Of a DNA stretch of 64,000 nt, positions 28,401 through 36,963 are shown piece by piece (positions within the stretch are counted from its first letter, which is position 1; every line of letters starts with the position of its first letter). Under the pieces are notes generated by a model, which made no database searches, was not told the DNA's origin, and worked only from the letters and a program-made list of their open reading frames with translations. Origin of the DNA: Candidatus Parendomicrobium reticulitermitis. Lineage in GTDB: Bacteria; Elusimicrobiota; Endomicrobiia; Endomicrobiales; Endomicrobiaceae. The stretch lies in NCBI GenBank assembly GCA_031287095.1, contig JAITTG010000087.1:26023-90022 (forward strand). Reading direction: 5' to 3'. Position numbers and translations under genes: made by a program.

Positions 28401-29654
28401 ATGAACAAACCGCAACTTTTACTTCCTGCTGGAAATATGGACGCTTTTAAAACTGCCCTCTTATACGGCGCAGACGCCGTCTATGCCGGGTTGCCGTCTA
28501 TGAATTTGCGTTCAAGGGAAAATTTTCCTATTGAGGATTTACAGGAATGTATAAAAAAATCTCATAGTCTTGGCAAAAAAACATATCTTGCCTTAAATCT
28601 TTTTTCCCGCAATAAAGATATAGCGAAGTTAGACGCCGCTATTTCTACAATCAAATTTTTAAATCCCGACGGATTGATAATATCCGACCCGGGCATTTTT
28701 GCAAAAATCAAAAAAGAAATTCCAGACTTGCCTTTGAATGTCTCAACTCAGGCTAATGTTTGCTCTTGGCTTACTGTTGATTTTTGGCAAAAACAGGGGG
28801 CGGCTTTATGCGTTTTGGGACGAGAAGTTTCTTTTAAAGAGGCTGTAGAAATTAGAGAAAAATGTCCCGATACTAAACTTGAAATTTTTGTCCACGGCGC
28901 TATGTGCATCAGTTATTCAGGCAGATGTTTATTGTCCGCATTTATGGCTTCCCGCAGCGCTAATGCGGGGCTATGCGCCCACTCTTGCAGGTGGAAATAT
29001 AAAAGCAAATTGGTTTTGGAAGAAGAAATGCGCCCCAATGAATTTTTAGAACTTTATGAAGACGAGCAGGGCTCTTATATTTTAAATTCAAAAGATTTAT
29101 GCCTTATGCCAAAACTCAATCAAATTCTGTGCGCAGGTTTTGACTCTTTAAAAATAGAAGGCAGGAATAAAAGCGAATACTATATAGCCCAAACCGCCCG
29201 CGCTTATCGCAAAGCAATAGACGATTATTTTGAAAATCCAAAAGATTGGAAAGCAGACATTTATATGCAAGAACTTTTGACTTTGCAAAACAGAGGATAT
29301 ACTACGGCTTTTTTTGACGGCGTTCCAGACGGTTCTGATCAAAATTTTAACGATACGGCAAGCATTAGCGATTGGCAAAGTGCGGGAATAGTCAAAGGCT
29401 ATAAAGATTGCTTATTAGAAATTGAAGTGAAAAACAAAATTCAAAAAGGACAAGAAATAGAATTGTTATCCCCATATCAATTTGAACCGTTCAAAATTGT
29501 AATAGACAAAATGATTGATGGAAAAAACAATAAAGAAATAGATTTAATGTCTGCCGGCAAAACAGGACAAACAATAAAAATCCCAATCAAAGACGCCAAA
29601 TTGTTTCCAAAATATACTGTCGCTCGCAAGCGCTGTCCGTCATTGCAAGATTGA
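28401..29654 (+). CDS. peptidase U32 family protein
   Basis: MNKPQLLLPAGNMDAFKTALLYGADAVYAGL N-terminus and Cys-rich core (GAMCISYSGRCLLS...CAHSCRW). The last codons CPSLQD-stop lie in a GTCATTGC repeat. Confidence 0.8.
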   Translation: MNKPQLLLPAGNMDAFKTALLYGADAVYAGLPSMNLRSRENFPIEDLQECIKKSHSLGKKTYLALNLFSRNKDIAKLDAAISTIKFLNPDGLIISDPGIFAKIKKEIPDLPLNVSTQANVCSWLTVDFWQKQGAALCVLGREVSFKEAVEIREKCPDTKLEIFVHGAMCISYSGRCLLSAFMASRSANAGLCAHSCRWKYKSKLVLEEEMRPNEFLELYEDEQGSYILNSKDLCLMPKLNQILCAGFDSLKIEGRNKSEYYIAQTARAYRKAIDDYFENPKDWKADIYMQELLTLQNRGYTTAFFDGVPDGSDQNFNDTASISDWQSAGIVKGYKDCLLEIEVKNKIQKGQEIELLSPYQFEPFKIVIDKMIDGKNNKEIDLMSAGKTGQTIKIPIKDAKLFPKYTVARKRCPSLQD

Positions 29655-29904
29655 TTCGCAATCAGAATACAAACAATTTTAAAAGAGATTGGGCGGCATT
29701 TTCGTCATTGCGGGCTTGACCCGCAATCTCTGCTATCGCATTAGTTGTCAATTGCGCGCTTTGTCGTGTTTTCAGTCTGCGCATATCGCAGCGGCGGATT
29801 TCAAACCCGCCCAAAAAGTTGTCATTCTATACCGAGTCATTTTGTCTTGTCATTGCGCGTCCTGCGGCTTCACGCAGAATGACATATCAAAAAAGGAAAT
29901 TAAA

Positions 29905-30633
29905 ATGCCCCATTTTTATGTCTTACCTCAAAATACCGTCAATGGCAGTTTTTTTATGGAAGATGAACTCGCCCACTATGTTGCCGCCGTGCGTCGTTTT
30001 AAAGTCGGCGATGAAATAAATCTTTTTGACGGTCTTGGAAAATCTTTTAAGTGCGAAATTACAAGCATTGATAAAAACCGTATCAGCGGCAAAATTTTAT
30101 CTTCTTCGTATCAAAAGTCGTCTTTTGAAATCAATTTATATACCGCTATTCCCAAAGGCGAAAGATTTGAATGGCTTATAGAAAAATGCGCGGAACTCGG
30201 CATTTCAAAAATAATCCCTATAAATACTGCAAGAAGCGTTCTCACAGAAATTTCCGAAAACAAACTTGAAAGATTTAAAAGAATATCTATTTCGGCAAGT
30301 TCTCAATGCGGGCGCGCCGACATTATGGAAATTTGCCGTCCTTTGAATTTTCAAGACGCTTGCAAAAAAACCGTTTCAGACAAAACTATAAATATCTTGC
30401 CTTGGGAAAGTGAAAATAATCTGTCTATATTACAGGTTTTAAACGGAGAAACCTTAAAAGGCGGCAATGCCGCCGCTTTTATTGGACCCGAAGGCGGTTT
30501 TGAAAATTCTGAGATAGATTTTGCAAAAAGACTCGGCTTTCATACGGTAAGCCTTGGCAAAAACATTTTAAGGGTAGAAACCGCCGCCGTCGCTACAGCG
30601 GTATTAGTAATGTCGTCATTGCGCATATCGTAG
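29905..30633 (+). CDS. rsmE: 16S rRNA m3U1498 methyltransferase RsmE
   Basis: Start MPHFYV at 29905; the track ORF from 29689 reads through repeats. PUA-like N-terminus and a IGPEGGF SPOUT motif. The C-terminal SSLRIS is encoded by a repeat. Confidence 0.8.
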   Translation: MPHFYVLPQNTVNGSFFMEDELAHYVAAVRRFKVGDEINLFDGLGKSFKCEITSIDKNRISGKILSSSYQKSSFEINLYTAIPKGERFEWLIEKCAELGISKIIPINTARSVLTEISENKLERFKRISISASSQCGRADIMEICRPLNFQDACKKTVSDKTINILPWESENNLSILQVLNGETLKGGNAAAFIGPEGGFENSEIDFAKRLGFHTVSLGKNILRVETAAVATAVLVMSSLRIS

Positions 30634-30663
30634 GGGCGGGTTTCAAACCCGCCTATCCGCACG
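30630..30663 (+). repeat. GTAG-headed REP palindrome (GTAGGGGCGGGTTTCAAACCCGCC)
   Basis: Begins at the rsmE stop codon. Palindrome GGGCGGGTTT/AAACCCGCC preceded by GTAG. Confidence 0.75.
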
Positions 30664-30776
30664 ATTGACAAAAAACAAAAAGGCAAACGGCAGGCAAATA
30701 ATGATTTGCCGCTACAAACAACATAATATCGGTTGCGCAAGGGGACTAATCTACAACAATCAAGGACAATATCAAT

Positions 30777-31176
30777 AGACCTCTTGTATAATTGATATAC
30801 AAAAAATGTAAGAATATAAGGTTGTTATTGTGGACTTGCTATTCGTTGCGGGTTTGACCTGCGCGGTATAGAAAATATAAGCCATATTCAAATTAAGCGT
30901 CAATCTCGCAACCGCGGTAAAGCCGCGCCTATCGCATCATTCTCGAATGTTGCGCCAGCGCGTCATTCCCGAATGTCTCTGTCGGGAATCCATTTTTGCC
31001 ATTGCCTTTTTTAACTTGGATTCCCGATAACAAATTTCGGGAATGACGAATAAAAGGCTTGCCCTATTTTCAAGCGGGTTGATGACAACGGTAACTCGCT
31101 GTCATTGTGCGCCCCGCGATTTCGCGCAAAATGACAATGTCCGTCTATTTTTATATGTTGGTTGCGCAAGAGGTCT
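30777..31176 (+). mobile_element. non-autonomous TIR element (MITE), ~400 bp, carrying nested hairpin repeats
   Basis: Ends AGACCTCTTGT... and ...GCAAGAGGTCT are inverted repeats. Flanked by AAT (30774-30776) and AAT (31177-31179). Interior contains GTCATTCCCGA hairpins at 30962-30991 and 31018-31047. Confidence 0.7.
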
Positions 31177-31177
31177 A

Positions 31178-32329
31178 ATGAAAAAATTTTATATCTATTC
31201 TTTCGGCTGTAAAGTCAATCGTTATGAAACAGAACTCATATCGCAAAAATTAAAAAGCGGCGATTATGAAATAGCCGATACTCCCCAAGAGGCAGACGCA
31301 ATAATTTTTAATTCTTGTTCTGTCACAAACAATGCCGACAAAGAGTGTTTATATTTAATCAGGAAATCTTTAAAACTACCTCAAAAACCGCAAATCATTC
31401 TCACAGGGTGCCTTGCAATCAATAAATTTCAAGAGTTAAAAAAACTCTTTCCATCTATTGAAGTAATATCAGACAAAAAAACTTTATATTTACAGCCTGA
31501 CAATCAAAGCATAATCTCTTTTGAAAATCATCATCGCGCTTTTATCAAAATCCAAGACGGCTGCAATAGTTTCTGCTCATATTGCATAGTTCCTTATATA
31601 AGAAGCCAAATGTGGAGCAAGCAGCCGGAGGCTGTTCTTTCAGAAATAGAAAATCTCGTCAAAAACGGATACAGCGAAATAGTTTTGACAGGCATACACA
31701 TCGGCAAATACGAAGGCGGTATAGCCCCGCTGATAGAAAAAATAGTCAAAATCCCGTTGGATTTTAGAATCCGCATATCGTCCATAGAAATCAATGAAAT
31801 TAATGACTATCTATTGTCTTTGATGAAAGATTATGAAAACAAAATATGCTCTCACCTACACATACCATTACAATCAGGCAGCGGCGGTATTTTAAAATTG
31901 ATGAACAGACAATACGCAAGCGCCGTCTTTGAAAACAAAATCCAAAAAATTGCCGCTATGTTTAAAAACATAGCCATAACAACAGATATCATAGCTGGTT
32001 TTCCAAGCGAGACAAATGCTCAACACAAAGAAACTTGCGACTTTATAAAAAGAAATCCATTTTCAAGGCTGCACATTTTTAGATATTCAGACAGAAGCGG
32101 CGCAAAAGCCTCAAATTTCAAAAACAAAGTCCCGCCTCAAGAAATCAAAGCCCGTTCCAAAGAACTATTAGGAATAGACAAATCAAAAAGAAAAGACTTT
32201 TTAACGGCAAATACAGGCTCAACAAGAAAAGCAGTCAGCATATCTCCCAATGCATCTCTAACAGACAATTACATAACCATTTCAAACGCCGCATATCAAA
32301 AAGGCATTTTTGATATTAAAATAGAATAG
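31178..32329 (+). CDS. mtaB: radical-SAM methylthiotransferase, MtaB/MiaB-like
   Basis: Start MKKFYIYSFGCKVNRYE at 31178; the track ORF from 31043 reads through the MITE. UPF0004 domain and a CNSFCSYC rSAM cluster. Confidence 0.8.
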   Translation: MKKFYIYSFGCKVNRYETELISQKLKSGDYEIADTPQEADAIIFNSCSVTNNADKECLYLIRKSLKLPQKPQIILTGCLAINKFQELKKLFPSIEVISDKKTLYLQPDNQSIISFENHHRAFIKIQDGCNSFCSYCIVPYIRSQMWSKQPEAVLSEIENLVKNGYSEIVLTGIHIGKYEGGIAPLIEKIVKIPLDFRIRISSIEINEINDYLLSLMKDYENKICSHLHIPLQSGSGGILKLMNRQYASAVFENKIQKIAAMFKNIAITTDIIAGFPSETNAQHKETCDFIKRNPFSRLHIFRYSDRSGAKASNFKNKVPPQEIKARSKELLGIDKSKRKDFLTANTGSTRKAVSISPNASLTDNYITISNAAYQKGIFDIKIE

Positions 32330-32441
32330 ATATCTTGCAAAACACAAAAATTCATTGAAATCAAAAACGCATTGAAAAAACAATATGAAAGATGAAATCA
32401 AGAATATAAAAATATGAAAATCCCAAAAACCCATGAAACTT

Positions 32442-32476
32442 GTAGGGCGCGGGTTTTCAACTCGCCCACCCTTACG
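32442..32476 (+). repeat. GTAG-headed REP palindrome, degenerate
   Basis: GTAGGGCGCGGGTTTTCAACTCGCCCACCCTTACG. The upstream AT-rich module (32330-32440) recurs at 19650-19740. Confidence 0.6.
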
Positions 32477-32640
32477 AATTAGATGATTAAATGCGAGGTT
32501 TCTTAAAAGCGGACAGAAACAAAAACCGGACGAGAAATCGTCTTAAAATTAAATAAAACCATCCACAAATAAGGATAATTGCGGGTAGTTTTTATGTTTT
32601 ATAAGCAAATAGCAAGCAAACAATTGAATATAGATGCAAT

Positions 32641-32799
32641 GGACCTCTTGCATAACTGATATACAAAAAATGTAAGAATATAAGATTGCCGTTGTGCGCT
32701 AACAGAACTCATCAGTGCGAAAACAAGATTGTCATTCTGCGCGAAGCCGTAGAATGACACTATCCCTCTATTTTTATGTGTTGGTTGCGCAAGAGATCT
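32641..32799 (+). mobile_element. non-autonomous TIR element (MITE), minimal 159-bp copy
   Basis: GGACCTCTTGC...GCAAGAGATCT termini. AAT at 32638-32640 and at 32800-32802. Internal GTCATTCTGCG/CGTAGAATGAC hairpin. Confidence 0.7.
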
Positions 32800-32806
32800 A
32801 ATGGAT

Positions 32807-32858
32807 AAAAAACCGCGCAGGCTAAAAGCGTAATGCTTTTGGTTTGCGCGGTTTTTTT
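32807..32858 (+). terminator. compound stem-loop with flanking A/T runs
   Basis: AAAAACCGCGCA...TGCGCGGTTTTTTT with an inner AAAAGC-GTAAT-GCTTTT hairpin. Confidence 0.5.
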
Positions 32859-32890
32859 GTTTGGCGGGGGCAAGAGCAAAAGAGCAAGGT

Positions 32891-33028
32891 ATGGGAAACG
32901 CAAAGAAGGCGGTAATTGAGACTAAAAGGAGCGGCAAGACGGCGTTGATAATGCGGGAGATGGCGATAAGGGCGGCAAAAGAGGCAGACCATGTGATGTT
33001 TAGGGTTAAGATGGCGTATGTAAAGTAA
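32891..33028 (+). pseudogene. 45-aa remnant with a P-loop-like KRSGKT, possibly the tail of a phage packaging ATPase gene
   Basis: MGNAKKAVIETKRSGKTALIMREMAIRAAKEADHVMFRVKMAYVK. Not in the ORF track. Sits immediately 5' of the portal-like frame. Confidence 0.25.
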
Positions 33029-33029
33029 G

Positions 33030-34355
33030 TTGAAAGACTTCTTTCCAACGCCCGCGCCTTTAAGGTCTGTCAAAAGCAACAGAACGCTAATTCCAAAGCC
33101 TGAACTTGATTTATACAGAGGCGAAGCCGACGATATAGCGAATATATCTAACCGCATAAAAATACTTGTAAAAGCAATCAAGGCGAACGGGTTTTATCCC
33201 GCAAGGTTTAAAGATTCAATAACGAAACTTGAAAACACCGACGACACGGAGTTGATAGCCGTAGATTTTGCCGACGATATTAGAGATTTAGGCGGCATAG
33301 ACAAGATGTTTCATTACAAGCCGATAGCGCAGTTTGAGCAAGTGGCAAAAGGATTATACGCTCAACAACAAAACTTAATCCAAGAGATATACGAGATAAC
33401 AGGGATAAGCGACATAATGCGCAACATATCCAAAGAAGAGACAGCCACAGCAACAAGACAAAAAGGCAAGTTTGGAAGTTTAAGATTACAACAAAGACAA
33501 TCGGCGTTAAACAATTACATCAAATCAATCTATACCATAGCGACAGAGTTAGTTTGCGAGTTATTTGACATAGACGCGTTAAAAGAAATCACATCAATGG
33601 CATTGCCTACAAACCAAGAACTTGCAGACTTTCAAACAAAACAGCAAACCGTTCAATCGCAATTTCAATCGGCAATGCAAGCCTATCAACAACAAATGCA
33701 ACAAGCGCAAGCGCAAGGACGGCAGTTGCAAATACAGGCTCCGCAACAACCGCAGGTTGCGCCGGAAGTATTAAAGTATTTTTCAAATCCCACATGGGAG
33801 AAGTTAAAGGAATACATAGAAGACAGCCGTTTACGCTCTTATTTGCTTGATGTAGAGACAAATTACAGCGTATGGGAGACAGATTTAGAAACGCAAAAAT
33901 CGCGCACAGAGTTATTTACAACAATTACGGACACCATACAAAAAGCGTCGCCGATAATAGCGGCAACGCCTGAACTTGCGGACATTTATATGAAGTTGAT
34001 TAGTTTCACCATAGACGGCTTTAAAGTATCAAGAAGCCTAAAGAACGGCATAGAGGACGCGTTGTTAGAGATAGTAGAGAACATAAAAAAGAAACAAGCG
34101 CAGCCTCCGCAACAACAGCCTGACGCTCAAATGCTGCTTGCGCAAGCGGAGATGAAAAAAGCGGAAGCGGAAGGCATAGTAGCAAAAGCAAGAATGCAGG
34201 AAGCTCAAGTAAAAGCAATGCAAGCGCAGGCGGAACTGCAACTTGAGCAAGCCAAAGTAAATATAGACACGCAAGCCAAACAAGCCGACATTCAACTTAA
34301 AGCGCAAAAGAATCAGATAGAGGCGGCAAAGCCGCTTTTTCCACAAACGATATAG
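33030..34355 (+). CDS. phage portal-like protein, probably N-terminally truncated
   Basis: TTG-initiated frame. Has ITGISDIMRN, a YLLDVETNYSV core and a long Q/A/K-rich C-terminal coiled coil of the kind seen in portal barrels. Gene order (portal, post-portal protein, scaffold) supports the call. Confidence 0.5.
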   Translation: MKDFFPTPAPLRSVKSNRTLIPKPELDLYRGEADDIANISNRIKILVKAIKANGFYPARFKDSITKLENTDDTELIAVDFADDIRDLGGIDKMFHYKPIAQFEQVAKGLYAQQQNLIQEIYEITGISDIMRNISKEETATATRQKGKFGSLRLQQRQSALNNYIKSIYTIATELVCELFDIDALKEITSMALPTNQELADFQTKQQTVQSQFQSAMQAYQQQMQQAQAQGRQLQIQAPQQPQVAPEVLKYFSNPTWEKLKEYIEDSRLRSYLLDVETNYSVWETDLETQKSRTELFTTITDTIQKASPIIAATPELADIYMKLISFTIDGFKVSRSLKNGIEDALLEIVENIKKKQAQPPQQQPDAQMLLAQAEMKKAEAEGIVAKARMQEAQVKAMQAQAELQLEQAKVNIDTQAKQADIQLKAQKNQIEAAKPLFPQTI

Positions 34356-34366
34356 GGTTATAAAAG

Positions 34367-35419
34367 ATGGATTACAAAGACATCACCCAACCCATACAAG
34401 CGGGCTTTAACAATTCAGATATAGGCATAGCGTTTAACCGCTCAATGCCGCGACCTGAAGAATACGAAAGATTAAGTCCGTTTAAAAAAGCGATAGCGGC
34501 AGGGGCAAGCATGGTAAGCGACAGTCCCGTATATATGCTTGGCGGGTTATTGGGCGCAGTAGCGGGCGGAGCGGGCGCGCCGATAGGAGCATTAGGATTA
34601 CAAAGAGGATATAGGCAATACTTAAACGAATTATACGGCAATGATGAAAACAGAAATACTGATATTATTTCAAGAGGCGCAAGGGTAGGCAGGGAGAGTT
34701 TATACGGAGCGGGCGAGGGTTTAGCGACGCAAAAAGCGGCTCAACTTTTAGGCAGCTTTGCTCCGCTTGTTTTAAACAAAATCGTAAATAAAAGAGTTCC
34801 GACGGTGAATGTAACTGACGATATGCTTATAAAACTTGAAAACAATTTACCTAATGGAATAAATAATCCTTTTTATAAATTCGTGCAAGACAATAGAAAA
34901 TGGATAGAGATGAAGCCTCAAATGGAATCAAATGCAGAAAGATATATCAACAATAAATTTGGAGTGAACAATTTAGACACTGCGGTAAAGGTAAAGTCGC
35001 CGATAGAGGATATAAACATAACGCCTGAATATTTGCAAAAACTTGTAAATCACCCGAGGGATATTCACAGAAACGAATTTGTTCCAGAGGCTTTGGCAAC
35101 TTTGGAAAGACCAAATCAGATTGTCAAAGATGCGCAAGGAAGGAATAATTATTTTAAATTGTTTTATGATGGAAAGTTTAAGCCTCATTTAAGCGGCGTT
35201 TCGCAGAAAGCAGATGAAACATTTTTCAATACAAGTTTTCCATTACAAGGCAGAAATATCACAAAAAGAATAGCGGGCGATACTATTTACCAAAAAAAAG
35301 ACGCCCCGCGGTGGGTAACACCGCGTGCGTCGACCCAATATATAGTAAATAATTCAAAAAGAATCAACGAGACAATGCGGAAATTGCTGGGCAGTTTTTA
35401 CAAGAAATATAAAAAGTAA
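34367..35419 (+). CDS. post-portal virion protein: Gly-rich membrane-like segment plus AT-rich C-terminal domain resembling phage PBECR-type nuclease modules
   Basis: Occupies the MuF/gp7 position. GGLLGAVAGGAGAPIGALG segment. C-terminal ...ITPEYLQKLVNHPRDIHRNEFVPEALATLERPNQIVKD... Composition switches from GC-rich to AT-rich near 34790. Confidence 0.45.
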   Translation: MDYKDITQPIQAGFNNSDIGIAFNRSMPRPEEYERLSPFKKAIAAGASMVSDSPVYMLGGLLGAVAGGAGAPIGALGLQRGYRQYLNELYGNDENRNTDIISRGARVGRESLYGAGEGLATQKAAQLLGSFAPLVLNKIVNKRVPTVNVTDDMLIKLENNLPNGINNPFYKFVQDNRKWIEMKPQMESNAERYINNKFGVNNLDTAVKVKSPIEDINITPEYLQKLVNHPRDIHRNEFVPEALATLERPNQIVKDAQGRNNYFKLFYDGKFKPHLSGVSQKADETFFNTSFPLQGRNITKRIAGDTIYQKKDAPRWVTPRASTQYIVNNSKRINETMRKLLGSFYKKYKK

Positions 35420-35488
35420 TCTGTGAGGTTCCACTCCACAAAAGATTTACAGGCAGTCAAACAAACAAAAGGAAAACAGGAGGAAGCA

Positions 35489-36601
35489 ATGGAAAACGAA
35501 GAAATTAACCCGACGGTAGAAGACGGAGCAATCCCTCAGGAGACGCAATCGGAACAAACGCAAGTAGAGGGGGACGCAGGCAAACCGACTGAGGTCAACC
35601 CATCCAAGAACGCTTTACAACTTGCCCTTGAAAAAGCGCAGAAGGAAATTGACGATAAAGACGCAGAGGAACAAAAGGCAAAACAAAAAGGAGCAGACGG
35701 CAAACAAGGCAAGGCGCAACCCAAGAAAGACGGCGAAAACAAAGACGATGACAAAACAAAAACGGACGACGGCAAAACTCCAAAGGTTCAAGACAAAGGC
35801 GGCAAGCAAGAGTTTGCGCCGCAAGAGCATTGGACTGACGAGCAGAAGGAGTTTTTTAACGGATTAGAACCGCAAAATCAAAAGAAAGTTTTAGATATGT
35901 ATAAGGGCATTCAAAAGGTTTACGAGAAAAAGACGCTTGACTTATCCAAACAGCAAAAGAGTTATGAGCAATTCAACAAAGCGTTTGAACCTTACGAGGA
36001 CATTTTCAAAAAGCAAAACATAGACAAAGGCGCATATATCAAGCAGATGATAGATTTAGACAGGCAGGCGACTGCAAATCCTGTGGAGTTTGCGATAAAG
36101 TTTATGCAGTCAAGGGGATTAAATTTAGACCACATAATTGCGGGCATACAACAGATGTCAAGCCCCGAGTATCAGCACATAGCGCCGTTAAAACAGAAAT
36201 TAGAAAGTTTGCAAAAGCAAATAGAAAGCGAGACCTCAAACAAAGAGTCTGTCAAGTTTGAGGGATTGATAGAAGAGTTTAAAAACGAGACGGACGAGTC
36301 GGGAAATTTGGCGCATCCATATTTTGACGAAGTGCAGGAACAAATGGCGCAAATCTCTACTGCTACTGGGGAGACAGACCTTGCCAAGATATACGAGCAA
36401 GCGTTATGGACTACGCCGGAAGTAAGAGCAAAGTTGATAGAAGCGGAAAAGCAAAAAGTAGCGCAGGCAAAACAAAAGGAAGACCAAGCAAAAAAGACGC
36501 AAGCGGCGGCGGGCTTGCACATCAAGAATTCAGCGGCTCCAGCCAATCCTCCCAAAAAGCAAGGATTGAGGAGCATAATAGAAGAACTTGATGGAGAATA
36601 A
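35489..36601 (+). CDS. phage scaffolding-like protein
   Basis: ATG at 35489 behind AGGAGG. Highly charged K/E/D/Q-rich, helix-prone, 370 aa, located after the portal module. Confidence 0.45.
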   Translation: MENEEINPTVEDGAIPQETQSEQTQVEGDAGKPTEVNPSKNALQLALEKAQKEIDDKDAEEQKAKQKGADGKQGKAQPKKDGENKDDDKTKTDDGKTPKVQDKGGKQEFAPQEHWTDEQKEFFNGLEPQNQKKVLDMYKGIQKVYEKKTLDLSKQQKSYEQFNKAFEPYEDIFKKQNIDKGAYIKQMIDLDRQATANPVEFAIKFMQSRGLNLDHIIAGIQQMSSPEYQHIAPLKQKLESLQKQIESETSNKESVKFEGLIEEFKNETDESGNLAHPYFDEVQEQMAQISTATGETDLAKIYEQALWTTPEVRAKLIEAEKQKVAQAKQKEDQAKKTQAAAGLHIKNSAAPANPPKKQGLRSIIEELDGE

Positions 36602-36618
36602 ACCGTCGTAAAGAAAAC

Positions 36619-36948
36619 TAAAGTCAATCGCCACAATCAAACCCTGAAAGGGTTTAATGAAGTTAATAACCCCGTATTGCCTGCAAGGCTATGCGGGGGC
36701 GATAAAGTCAATCGCAACAATCAAACACTGAAAGGGTTTAATGCAGTTAATAACCCCGTATTGCCACAGGCTATGCGGGGACGATAAAGTCAATCGCCAC
36801 AACCAAACCCTGAAAGGGTTTAATGCAGTTAATAACCCCGTATTGCCGCAGGCTATGCGGGGACGATAAAGTCAATCGCCGCACCCAAACCCTGAAAGGG
36901 TTTAATGTAGTTAATAACCCCGTATTGCCTGCAAAGGCTATGCGGGGA
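36619..36948 (+). repeat. four tandem copies of the 82-nt two-hairpin leader element
   Basis: Copies at 36619-36702, 36703-36784, 36785-36866 and 36867-36948. Stems conserved, linker and loop variable. Ends 15 nt before the rSAM ATG. Confidence 0.9.
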
Positions 36949-36963
36949 CACAAGGAAACCAAA

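Noticed and set aside
36619-36948. The tandem arrays (also 60666-60907) as CRISPR arrays
   Set aside because: The 82-nt units are directly contiguous with no spacers and are far longer than CRISPR repeats. No cas genes are in the window. Single copies occur upstream of pyk and proS.
36619-36948. The tandem arrays as integron attC sites or a CALIN
   Set aside because: There are no cassette ORFs between the units and no complementary R''/R' core pair at the unit ends. No intI gene is present. The internal GTTAATAAC palindrome alone is not an attC signature.
36823-36963. N-terminal extensions MQLITPYCRRLCGDDKVNRR...MRGHKETK (rSAM) and MRGHKEIQ (60650-60673, DUF1844) as real coding sequence or a repeat-encoded peptide
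   Set aside because: The extensions arise from an ATG inside the repeat's hairpin arm. The same repeat precedes unrelated genes, and good SD-ATG pairs exist downstream at 36964 and 60649.
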